Source of the DNA: Eledone cirrhosa
Lineage: Eukaryota
Assembly (NCBI GenBank): GCA_964016885.1
Contig: OZ024754.1
Span: 37,944,001-38,008,000 of the forward strand
Length of the DNA: 64,000 nucleotides
Reading direction: 5' to 3'
Shown here: piece after piece, positions 53,123-64,000 of the stretch
Layout of the letters: every line of letters begins with the position of its first letter
Numbering within the stretch: the first letter of the stretch is position 1
The notes under the pieces: generated by a model
Told to the model about the DNA's origin: nothing
Seen by the model: the letters and a program-made list of their open reading frames with translations, nothing else
Databases searched by the model: none
Made by a program: the position numbers and the translations under genes

Positions 53123-54897
53123 CTGCTATATGATGCCATCGTTACGGGATTTCATAGCAAGAATAATATTCATGATGAATCCGATTATATGGCATATAAT
53201 GATGACACTATTAGTAATATTAGTTTTCCAAGTCCAGTTATTTATAAAGAGAAGTAGTGCGTGAAAAATTATACATAACACCGTCATATGCATTCCGTTT
53301 GTGAGGACAGTGGTGTGGAATGGAGAGCTTATGAGAGACTCTGTGACAAAAAATTGAATGTATCCCATAAGGCAAGTAACTAATGGGTGCGATTGACAAA
53401 AAAGTTAAGAAAAACAGAGCTTTTTTAAACGCCACTGAATTCCATACTTTAATACTCGGAGTTTTTCAGATTTGATACTTTACATTCGACCGTTTTCTGA
53501 TTTATTGGTTTGTAAAGGAACAACATGTGGCCTAAATTGAATACTGCAAACATCAGCAATAATAAGGGAAGCCGGGAAGTAGCCTTTTTTTTCCATTATA
53601 AAACTGAAGAAAATGGCATCAAGACCAGATGTTTCCAATGGAGTAGCCTTGAGCCTCTGTAAAACGACAATGGGAATATGCACTATATTTGTTTACATCA
53701 GCAATATGTGATACTACAGTAGTGATAAAACCGGGAATTCCTCCAGTGATACCTCCGATAAGGCAAGCCAGAATTAAAAAGTTAAATTCTAGCTGGTAGT
53801 ACATTGTCATTGAAATTATCGATAGTTTTATGATATTGCCAGTCATTGACACTAACAAGCCCATTTTGCGAACCATAAACTTCCCCTAAAAAATGGAGCA
53901 CTATGATTGAGAAACCGCTTTGCAATAGATTCTATGAATAAAAAGTACCATTATCCACAAAGTCGTTTGATGTTTTTTCCTGAAAAGATAAGAAAAATCT
54001 CCTAGTAGTGACTAGAATATAAAACAAAAAATGGTGGGGATGATAGTGATGATGAAGAGAGGAAAAAGAAGAAGAAGAAGAAGAAGAAGAAGAAGAAGAA
54101 GAAGAAGAAGAAGAAGAAGAAGAAGAAGAAGAAGAAGAATGGTGGGGATGATAGTGAAGAAGAAGAAGAAAAAGAAGAAAAAAGAAGAAAAAGAAGAAGA
54201 AAAAGAAGAAAAAGAAGAAAAAGAAAAAGAAAAAGAAAAGAAGAAGAAGAAGAAGAAGAAGAAGAAGAAAAGAAGAAGAAGAAGAAAAAGAAGAAAAAGA
54301 AGATGAAGAAGAAAAAGAAGATGAAGAAGAAAAAGAAGAAGAAGAAGAAGAAGAAGAAGAAGAAGAAGAAGAAGAAGAAGAAGAGAAAAGAAGAAGAAAA
54401 AAGAAAGAAAAAAGAAGAAGAAAGAAGAAGAAAAAGAAGAAAGAAAAAGAAGAAAAAGAAGAAGAAGAAAAAGAAGAAGAAAAAGAAGAAAAAGAAGAAG
54501 AAGAATTATGAGGGGAGGATGGGTGTGGAGGAGGGGGGGGAGGGGGGGGCGAGCGGGGCGGGCGGAATTCTAAAAGAAGAAAAAGAAAAAAAAAACTAAG
54601 AGGAAGAGTATGAGGAAAATGATGTGACTTATATCTGATATTAATGTTTCGTCTTACCGTGGCGTGACTTGAATAGTGCGAGCTAATGCGCGAATCTATA
54701 TAAAAATGTAAAAGAAACTGTCCTAGCATCATTATAGGAGTGTGCATAACATATAGGGTTTCTATGCTCTGGATCCAATGTCTCTTTCTCTCCTCCTGTT
54801 CAGTTTCAACATACTTCGCCGTGATAGACGTGTTCTCCTCCTCTTTCGTATTCTCTACATGGACTTGGCAGGCTTCGTTTTCTTTCTTTTCCGACAT
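53123..54897 (-). pseudogene. SLC46 (PCFT/HCP1)-like MFS transporter, disrupted; exons ~54658-54897 and ~53123-53979
   Basis: exon A MSEKKENE...IETLYVMHTPIMMLGQFLLHFYIDSRIS with GTAAG donor; exon B has RKMGLLVSMTGNII...YQLEFNFLILACLIGGITGGIPGFITTVVSHIADV (SLC46-like) and further hydrophobic segments spread over several frames with stops; the intron is a (GAA)n tract. Confidence 0.65.
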
Positions 54898-54986
54898 TAC
54901 AAACACTTTCGGTATACCTAAAATGAAAAATTAAAAAAAATAAAAATAAATAAAAATAAATAAAAATAAATAAAAAAGCAATATAA

Positions 54987-54997
54987 TATCATCATCA

Positions 54998-55030
<33 letters not shown>

Positions 55031-55780
55031 TCGTCGTCGTCGTCATCGTCATCGTCATCGTCCATCATCGTCATCGTCGCCATCGTCATCGTCATCGTCC
55101 ATCATCATCGTCATCGTCCATCATCGTCATCGTCCATCATCATCTTCGTCCATCGTCATCGTCCATCATCGTCATCGTCCATCGTCGTCATCGTCATCGT
55201 CATCGTCCATCGTCGTCGTCACCCTCATCGTCATCGTCCATCATCGTCATCGTCCATCGTCGTCATCGTCATCGTCATCGTCCATCGTCGTCGTCACCCT
55301 CATCGTCATCGTCCATCATCGTCGTCGTCATCGTCATCGTCCATCATCGTCATCGTCCATCATCGTCATCGTCATCGTCATCGTCCATCATCGTCATCGT
55401 CCATCGTCGTCATCGTCATCGTCATCGTCCATCGTCGTCGTCACCCTCATCGTCATCGTCCATCATCGTCGTCGTCATCGTCATCGTCCATCATCGTCAT
55501 CGTCCATCATCGTCATCGTCATCGTCATCGTCCATCATCGTCGTCACCCTCATCGTCATCGTCCATCATCGTCGTCGTCATCGTCATCGTCCATCATCGT
55601 CATCGTCATCGTCATCGTCCATCATCATCGTCATCATCGCGATCGTCCATCATCATCGCCATCGTCCATCATCATCGTCATCGTCATCGTCAATCATCGT
55701 CATCGTCATCGTCCATCATCGACATCGTCATCGTCATCGTCCATCATCATCATCATCATCATCGTCCATCCTCATCGTCC
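54987..55780. repeat. compound (CAT/CGT)n microsatellite with higher-order periodicity
   Basis: CATCGT / CATCGTC repeats with recurring CACCCT marker. Confidence 0.9.
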
Positions 55781-56374
55781 CCGTTTAACCCGCTGCCTTG
55801 TTTGCCCTCTACTACGCAACCAGTGCAGCTTAAAAGATCTCGCAGAATTTAATAATAATGCAAAGGACTGTGTAAAGAAATGGGAAACTATCAGATAACC
55901 ACATGCTTCGAAGATACGAAAAAAAGAAGAAGAACCCTTTAGCATTTACATTACTCTACATTTACTATTGTATTTTCATGGTAAAGTCTTTACCTCACAT
56001 AAAATTGAGTCTATGAGATTTTGATATTACTTATTTTGAGAACACTACCTTAACACCAATATGAGCGGCCAGTTACAGCCGGTTTGAACAGAAGGGGGTG
56101 AAAGACTTCTGCCCGGATACGGCCGATTTAAATGCTAAAGGGTTAATGTCCATTTTTCCATGCTTGCATGGTTTAGACGGGTCGTCCACGTAGGGAGACA
56201 AATCTCGTCAGAATTGGCCACATCGTACCTTGCTCCGACGTGACTGTAAATTTGGCCGGGGGATTTTACAGCTAGATGCCCTTCCTAATACCAACTACAT
56301 TTACAGTGTGGAATTAGATGGCACCGATACTAGGAGGGACAGGCCAATTGGCAGAGCCGAACCCCTCTCACAAT

Positions 56375-57185
56375 TATCATCATCATCATCATCATCACCG
56401 TCATTTTACGTTCGCTTTTCCCTGCTTGCAAGGGTGGGACGGGTCCTATTCAGCACAGCATCTCTCAACTTGTCACAGTCCTTCGTCATCTCCTCCGTGA
56501 GCTTCAGCGATCTGAGGTCCGTTCTAACCACCTCCGCCCATGTTTATCGTGGTCTTCCTCTACTGCGTCTTCCTTCTACTGGGATTTCTTGGCACTTCTT
56601 TACCCAGCGGTCATCCTGCATGCGCATCACATGTCCATACCATCTCAGTCTTCTCTCCTGCACACCACAACTTATCCCTCTTATACTTAGTTTCTCTCTC
56701 AACTCATCTATGCTTGGTCGTTCACGCACATTGCACATCCAACGGAGCATGCTTGCTTCATTTCTCTCCAGCCGTCGCATATCCTCTGCAGTTGCTGCCC
56801 ATGTCTCACTACCATGCAGCATCGCGCATCTCACACAGGCATTATATAACCGTCCTTTCGTACACAGGGAGAAACCCTTCTTCGTCAGCAGAAGAAGTAG
56901 GTCCCTAAACTTCTTCTAACCCTTCCTTATTCTAGATACTATGGCCTCGGAACACCCTCCTTCCATGTTAATCTGATCACCTAGGTACCGGAAGCTATCC
57001 ACCACTTCTATAGAACCCACCTGCATTTGAAAAATGTGTCTATCACTGCGATTACTACTGTCAACTTTCCCTGTACATCTACTGCATATGTAGTTTTCCC
57101 TACCTGTTAGTTTGCCTGCTATCCCACTACATCTCTTGTGTACCCAACATCTGCATTGCTTACATTTTATAGAATTTATGCCAGG
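56375..57185 (-). mobile_element. RTE-clade LINE 3' fragment, family A
   Basis: INSIKCKQCRCWVHKRCSGI...MLHGSETWA...RRLRWYGHVMRM...RGRPR; (GAT)n tail. Confidence 0.9.
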
Positions 57186-57214
57186 TCCTTATAAAATAAA
57201 AAATACGGAATGAT

Positions 57215-58890
57215 GTGGTGATATAACACTCAGATACGAAAAATATTGTCCTTGGTGTTCTCTGCGTGCAATAAATCAATGGCCCACAATGTGTTTGCTC
57301 TCTCTGCACTCATAACAACATTTGGACTACTTGATGGGACGTTAGATGAAACCCGACTCGAGCCATTGATGTTAAAAGTCAAAAAGTTTTTTTCACCAGC
57401 CCTATAAGTTTTTCACATCAACAATGATATAGACCGCCTTTATATGAAACTTGAAAAAGGAGGTTCAACTTCGGTTAAAACATCCTTTGAATGTAGCATC
57501 ATATCTCTAGTAAACACCATCTAGCAACCAATGTTCATCTATGGAACAAATGTGTATAGATGCGACAGATAATATCATGAGAGATTGGAAGGAACTTCTC
57601 GGTTAGTGCTCCCTGAATGATGACCACAAATACACATTCAGTGATGTTGCGCAGTGAAGGCGCATGGCTTAGTGGTTAGAGCATTAGGCTTGCAATCGAA
57701 AGGTTGTGCATTCAATTTTCGGAGCGGGTGATGTGTTGTTTCCTTGAGCAAGACACTTTATTTCACGTTGCTCCAGTTTACTCAGCTGTAGAAATGAGAT
57801 GATATGACTGGAGTCCCTATCATTAGATTACGCAACACACCTCCAACGAGATATACCTTGGAGGATGCCAGCTAAACCTGCATAGGTGTGAGTTGTCACA
57901 CACACGCAGTACCACAACGAACCAGTAGATGAAAAGCTGTATGCTTATCAGCAGAAGCTCGTGCATTGTCAGAAAGCTTCAAAGTGAGATTAATACAGAA
58001 AGATTAATACAAGGTAATCAATCTCGAACCAACAATCGATATATTAGCTTTCACTTTGAACGATATGATTTTGCAATCCAAGAACAAAAAATACCAACGA
58101 AATACCTGATGCACAAAAGAGACAGAGATGGAGGCTAAGCGCCTAGATGTGACAACCGATGAAGACTCTGCGGAATAAACATTGAAGATGTCACCCATAT
58201 CATTACTAAATGTTCCAAAATGTCATCATAGTACTATCTACCTATGAGGCATGGCGTGGTGGCCAAAACACTATATAACACAATCCGTAGAAAGCATAAT
58301 CCTGTATTTCAGCGATGCGGTGGACATACGCACGCATATAAAAGTGTAATGGTTGAATATTCTTGTCAAAACGACAGCAAAATATAGGCATAACAGCCCG
58401 AACATGATGATATAGCAAAGAGAAAAATCAAAACATGCACCGTCGTAGAAATCAGCTGACCTGCAGATGGAAATATAATTGTTTCTTCTGTTGGCACAAG
58501 GCCAGCAATTACCCTAGTGCATTACTGGTGCTTTATTTTATCGACCCCGTAAGGATCAAAGGCAAAGCTCACCTCGGCAGGATTTGAACTCAGAACGTAA
58601 AGGGCCATAACTCTATGCAGTAAAGTATAGTGTCTGACGCTCTACCGATACTGCCAAATGTGAATATAAATGCTAAAGATGAACGAAAAGAAGAATATTT
58701 ATGCTAAACTTATAAGGAACCTGCAGATACTCCACCTAGGCTATACCTTTAGATTTGTACCTGTGATTATTGGGGCACTTGGATATGTTACGAAATGCCT
58801 CAACACAAATTTTGAGAAGCTGGGCTTCACAAAAACAGAGAGAACACGACTATGGTATTACAGGAACATTCCAAAAGTTTAGCATGTAAT
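57215..58890 (+). mobile_element. R4/Dong-like (RLE-type) non-LTR retrotransposon remnant with two nested SINEs
   Basis: CCHC knuckle RLCGINIEDVTHIITKC, RH..VAK, VVEIS, EKKNIYAKL...VPVIIGALG. Confidence 0.72.
57659..57823 (+). mobile_element. tRNA-derived SINE family B, representative copy (also ~2820-2965 minus, 10655, 25930, 44385)
   Basis: A-box TGGCTTAGTGGTTAGAG, B-box-like TTCAATT/TTCGATT, core TTGAGCAAGACACTTTATTTCACGTTGCTCCAG. Confidence 0.82.
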
Positions 58891-59359
58891 AACTGTATAT
58901 ACACACGGGGTAGATATAGAAACATGCGTATATGTGCACATATATAATTCAAAATATACGTATAAAGACATACACATACATTATATTACATTACATACAT
59001 ATATGATGGCTGCAACTCGATTTTGAGTAATGCCATCGCTTGATACTTAAACATGAGCATCATGAACGTGGCTTTTTAGTCTTGCTAGGGACTTGCCTAT
59101 GGCCAGCAATGCATTGCATCGCAATAAATGTCACACATCAAACGATACCCGAGCTTGAAGCTTTTTTTAAGTGAGGAAAGGCTTTGCACGGGGCCAATCC
59201 CATTCTCTGAACATCGAATACATTTACCCAAAAAGTAGAACTGGTCTACAACATTGGATGCAAACGAAGTCAGGTTTTATATCAGAGTGACCTCCTCCTA
59301 GAGAGATGTCTTAATGAAGACTATGGTCTCTCGCTCAACAAAAAACATACATACAGACA

Positions 59360-59600
59360 GAAGGAGAACATCTACGGACTATTGATGAGGAGTTTGCATA
59401 TCCAGGATCCAAGATACACCTTCAGCTTTATATCGATTATTATTGGAGCTACAGGTTATATACCAACCCGCTTGGACCAAAATATAATTGAACTTGGATT
59501 TGTGGACAAAGCGCGCAAGTTCCTAATTCATAGACTACAAATGGCTGCGATAGCTGGCACCTTCAAAATTTGCAAAATATTCTTGCGATTCAAGGGATGA
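59360..59600 (+). mobile_element. second RLE-type retrotransposon C-terminal fragment
   Basis: KENIYGLLMRSLHI..PRYTFSFISIIIGATG...LQMAAIAGTFKICKIFL. Confidence 0.7.
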
Positions 59601-61787
59601 TAATTTCTTTTCTTTTACAACCTTGCCACCAGGAAGGTGGCTGATCAAAAATGTACTCGAAATTACGAGAAAGACATACATACAGACAGACAGACAGTGT
59701 GTGTATGTGTGATAATTGTAATATAAAGGTTAAATTAAGACTTACAGATCGGCTACGAAATAGTAATGAAAAGCTCAAACAGTTCTGTTTGATACCTTAA
59801 TATTTATGTTAATGGAAAACTGAGTCTGGATAACAATGAAGTACAATCTTAGTACAATCTTTGTTTCCTAATTGGTGTTAGTTTTCCATTTTTTGTCTCA
59901 TTTTTTTGCCATAGTCCCTTTCCTTTCTGTATTTTAGATCGGATTAGAGAAAAGCTATAGCTGATGAAAACACAAGCCCGTCTGCTACCCTCTACATTAT
60001 TTTATTTTAAAAACTACTGAGGAAAGTTTGCGCGTGTATGTGTGTGTATATATATAAATATGCGTGTATGTGCGTGTTATGTGTTGCGTTTCTAATTGAA
60101 CGACAAATTCTCCATCGAAAGCAGCGTTTTTGTTCAAACTGTCGCAAAAGAATGGTTGGGGGAGACAAAGAAGCTTACTTTATTATTATTTGTTCCATTG
60201 CCCATCCTTACGGGGTCGATAAAATGAAGCACCAGTTCCTCTCCCCTCTCTACAACTTCTGTCCCACCCCACACGGATCCCAATCATCATCATCATCACT
60301 TCTCGTCCGTTTTTCTTGCTAGTAAGATTTAGATGGTTCGCCCCAAACCAAGTGAACACCTGTCAGGTGTGTAGCGGGTAACTTCTTGATTCCATACTTT
60401 CCTGTCGTTAAAATAATATACAAGGGCGGTGCCCCAGCATGGCCTCAGCCGGATGGCTGAAACAGGTAAAAGAGTAAAAGAGTAAAGGTGCAATAGATTA
60501 ATTTTAGGATGTTATGCTTTTGACACAAAAGAAGAGACATTTTGACTTTGTCTGGCTGAGTACCCTTCCTATCAGCATCAGATTTTCTGTTCAACAATAT
60601 TAGCAAATATGTATCATCATCATCATCATCATCATAATTTTTACGTTCATACTTCCACGTGTCCAACCCATGCCAGCATGGAAAAGTGGACGCAAAATTG
60701 GTGATGATGATAATGATACATATTTGCTGATGTTCAACAGAAAATATGATGTAGTGTCTGTCTGCTGTCGCCATAACGAACTTTTGATCACATTCTAACC
60801 ACCCGACGTACTGATGGAGCCTCCATGGTCTTCTTAGCCGACAATATAACCATTGTAGAATAGCTCAGCTGACGTCTGAATGTTAGATCTGAGTTATTTC
60901 CTCTTCACCAGAGATTCTTCTCCAGTACTTGAGTAGTTCTTGTCAACTAAGTTGTGATTAGAAGTTAGAACCTAACCCAATACCATAAGGTAGTTTGTCT
61001 AAAACATCACAGATTATGACATCTATTGCCCTTGAGGGTAATTATGTCATTAATCCGAGACGGTCTAAGGGAAAAGTCAACAGCAAGATTAGAACTTAAA
61101 GACAAGCTCAAACAACTATAACTACTGGACCATCCAGTATACAGGAGTTGTTATTACCTGAACTACAAAATAAACAGAAGCGGACTGACACCTAGTGAAC
61201 ACCTACCTACACTTCAACAAATTCATAACTGTACTCATTGTCAACTTTCACTTTAAATATATATATATATATATAACGAAGGAAAAGTGGTAAGGAACCA
61301 GGTGGACCGTAACGCACCAAAGTACTCAATACTTGGGGTAGTAGAGTGGGCAATAGGAACCAGTAAGACCCCGGCGTTTTTTTTTTTTAGCCGTCGAAAC
61401 GGCTTGAGCTCGGCCGTCGGGGTCTTACTGGTTCCTATATATATATATATACATATATATATGCAAAAGTTTTATTTAAAATTGTTGGGTTACAACAAGT
61501 AAATATTTTATAACTTATATAAAGCACTCGACAAGTTTTTGGAGTAGATATACGATATTAAACAAATGGAAACTATATTTATAAAACCATATTTATTTCA
61601 TTATACATATTTCAGGGATACCATATTAAAAATATGGCATGCCTTCGTCAGATAAAATACAATATATAAACAGTTTTATAAATAATTTTGACGTACCATA
61701 ATATAAGCGACCATTAGCAGCCTCCTAATTTAATGGTCGCTTATATTATGGTACGTCAAAATTATTTATAAAACTGTTTATATATTG

Positions 61788-61853
61788 TATTTTATCTGAC
61801 GAAGGCATGCCATATTTTTAATATGGTATCCCTGAAATATGTATAATGAAATA
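61788..61853 (+). ncRNA. type I hammerhead ribozyme motif (mirror copy on minus strand at 61594-61659)
   Basis: stem I TATTTTAT/ATGAAATA; core CTGACGA; 14-bp stem II AGGCATGCCATATT-TTT-AATATGGTATCCCT; GAAA-T-ATGT-A-TA (AUA cleavage triplet). Confidence 0.75.
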
Positions 61854-62525
61854 AATATGGTTTTATAAATATAGTTTCCATTTGTTTAATATCGTGTATA
61901 TATATATATATATATATATTAGAAATTTACAAAATTATTATTTAAAACATCACATTCCAGAAGAGTGGAATTACATTTATTGCATAGCACTGACACGTGT
62001 TCCATCGTATGTGTAATATATCAGTCTAAGATCGCTAATATTTGACTATTTCAATCAAATTAAATTGAATCCAACTACTTAAAAAAATCATATGTAGATA
62101 CAACAAATTTTCACTTTGTAACATACGATGAAACACGTGTCAGTGTTATGCAATAAATTTCTAATATAATATAACATATATATTTAAAGTGAGAGTTGAC
62201 AATGAGTACAGATATATATATATATATGCCAACGTCATTTTAACATCCACTTTCCTTGCTAGCATATATATATACATGGACACACTAGAAGAGGAAGACC
62301 AAGGTTAACGTATGTTGATGCCCTAAGGACAGACACTGGTCTGTTGGAGAGGAGACGCAGGACATGGCAGCGATAATGAGGGACAGAGACCGCTGGAGAG
62401 AACTCGTCCATGGATCTCGGGAATTTTACCCGCCTTAGATATATATATATATATATATATATCCCTTCCATATACTGTACCCATTGTGTTGTTATTTGTT
62501 TACTTTTTACATACATACATATATA

Positions 62526-63440
62526 CGAGGTGTGTCAGAAAAGTTCCAGGACTGATGTCACAAAAGATTTATTTCAAACCCAAACTTCACACTAACAGTT
62601 TTCTCCTTCAAAGTAATCCTCCTGAAGTCTAATGCACTTTTCCATCCTTTTCTGCCACGCTTGCATGCACTCCTGGAAGGATTCTTCCGGATCCTCCGCA
62701 GTTCCGTCGTCACGGCCTTTTTGATGTCGTCCACGTCTTCAAAACGGGTCCCCTCCGGGTCGTACTCGAAGATCCATGACTCATCACCGGTGATGACTGT
62801 CCCTAGCAAATCTGGTTCGGTTTCAAGACGCTCGAGAATGTCCTGGCACACTTGCATGCGTCGACCCTTCTGGTCATCGTTCAGCAGTTTTGGCACCATC
62901 TTCGCGCAGATTTTCCGCATGTCCAAATCTTCAGTGAGAATCTTCCAGACGCTGTCCCGATTCATTCCCAGCTCATTTGCCATCAATCGAACAGTCAGCC
63001 GACGATCGTTACGCACCATCTGCCTGACGCGCTCAACGTTGACCTCAGTCCTGGTTGTTGAGGGCCTTCCGCTCCTGGGGTCATCTTCCACGTCCTCGCG
63101 TCCTTCTTTAAACCTCTTACACCACTCAAAAACACGTGAGCGTGACATCGTCTCATCTCCATACACTTGCTGCAGCAATCCCAGTGATTCTGACGGAGTT
63201 TTCCCCCAACCGTACCAAAAACTTCAAGTTTGTTTGTTGCTCTGTGCTCATTGCTTGACGACCTGAAACAGAGGACATGTATATAAAATTATGAAGAAAA
63301 ACGTTTGATCGCTGCAGAGAGCTAAGATTACAGCTACATACTCCAGGGGGATTACTTTGAAGGAGAAAACTCTTAGTGTAAAGTTTGGGTTTGAAATAAA
63401 TCTTTTGACATCAGTCCTGGAACTTTTCTGACACACCTCG
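62526..63440 (-). mobile_element. internally deleted mariner with ~100-bp TIRs and TA duplication
   Basis: TA|CGAGGTGTGTCAGAAAAGTTCCAGGACTG ... reverse at 63440|TA; HTH, MVPKLL, ITGDESWIFEYDPE fused directly to GTRFEDVDDIK. Confidence 0.95.
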
Positions 63441-63755
63441 TATATATATAGTTATGTATTAACAAAAGATAATTAATTCATTTACCAAAGGTTTCATGAA
63501 GACAGACAAGCTTGAAATTTACATAGCCTACATAGAGCATTCTCTTTTCCTTTACTTCAGAAATACTTTATTTATTTATATATATACAATCCTTAAAACA
63601 TAAAATAGTGTTCCCATTATCATTCTTTGTTATCAGTCACTGTATCCATGTAGGGTTATCGTGTTGTATATACCCTCCTTCAATACTACTTGCTTTGTAT
63701 GTATGTATGGCCCCATAATTCCTTATGGAGTCATAGAGGCACTGTAATGACATAC

Positions 63756-64000
63756 GTATTTTGGACATTTTAAACTAAACAGAAGCCAACCCCTCTCCAG
63801 GTCCAAATAGCGAGTTTTAGACATTTTAAACCAAGCAGAACCAACCCTTCTCCTGGTCCGAATAATGTGTTTTGGACATTTTAAACAAAACAGAACCAAC
63901 CCTTCTCCTGGTCCGAATAATGTGTTTTGGACATTTTAAACAAAACAGAACCAACCCTTCTCCAGGTCCGAATAATGTGTTTTGGACATTTTAAACAAAA
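63756..64000. repeat. 55-bp minisatellite running off the window end
   Basis: unit TGTGTTTTGGACATTTTAAACAAAACAGAACCAACCCTTCTCCTGGTCCGAATAA. Confidence 0.92.

Noticed and set aside
53932-54906. 324-aa ORF and the overlapping poly-K/poly-R ORFs
   Set aside because: Read-through of a (GAA)n intron; only the ends are exon sequence of the SLC46-like locus
57659-57730. possible tRNA genes at A-box/B-box motifs
   Set aside because: No complete cloverleaf; each continues into a SINE core and tail

Overview
Eukaryotic, AT-rich, repeat-dense genomic window. The SINE/RTE repertoire and microsatellite load suggest an octopod cephalopod (inference). Host genes read directly from the sequence: (1) a complete 5-exon TMED10/p24-delta gene on the minus strand (30102->12815, 207 aa); (2) head-to-head with it, a 3-coding-exon mitochondrial ribosomal protein L33 gene (31862->35455, 60 aa); (3) a single core-histone quartet H3<-/H4->/H2B<-/H2A-> in which H4 and H2B are intact with 3' stem-loops while H3 and H2A are pseudogenes; (4) a disrupted SLC46-like MFS transporter (54897->~53123). 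The rest is transposon debris: RTE LINEs (one family with a PHD-like finger inside the RT ORF), CRE-like and R4/Dong-like restriction-endonuclease retrotransposon ends, Helitrons, mariners and a derived MITE, hAT and piggyBac-like MITEs, two tRNA-type SINE families, minisatellites and a 200-N gap. The most striking non-annotated signal is a set of at least four unrelated minimal type-I hammerhead ribozyme motifs. Three sit in short fold-back (palindromic) elements embedded in (TA)n tracts, including a 165-bp inverted repeat with a complete hammerhead on both strands. All coordinates and alignments were done by eye; repeat boundaries are approximate.
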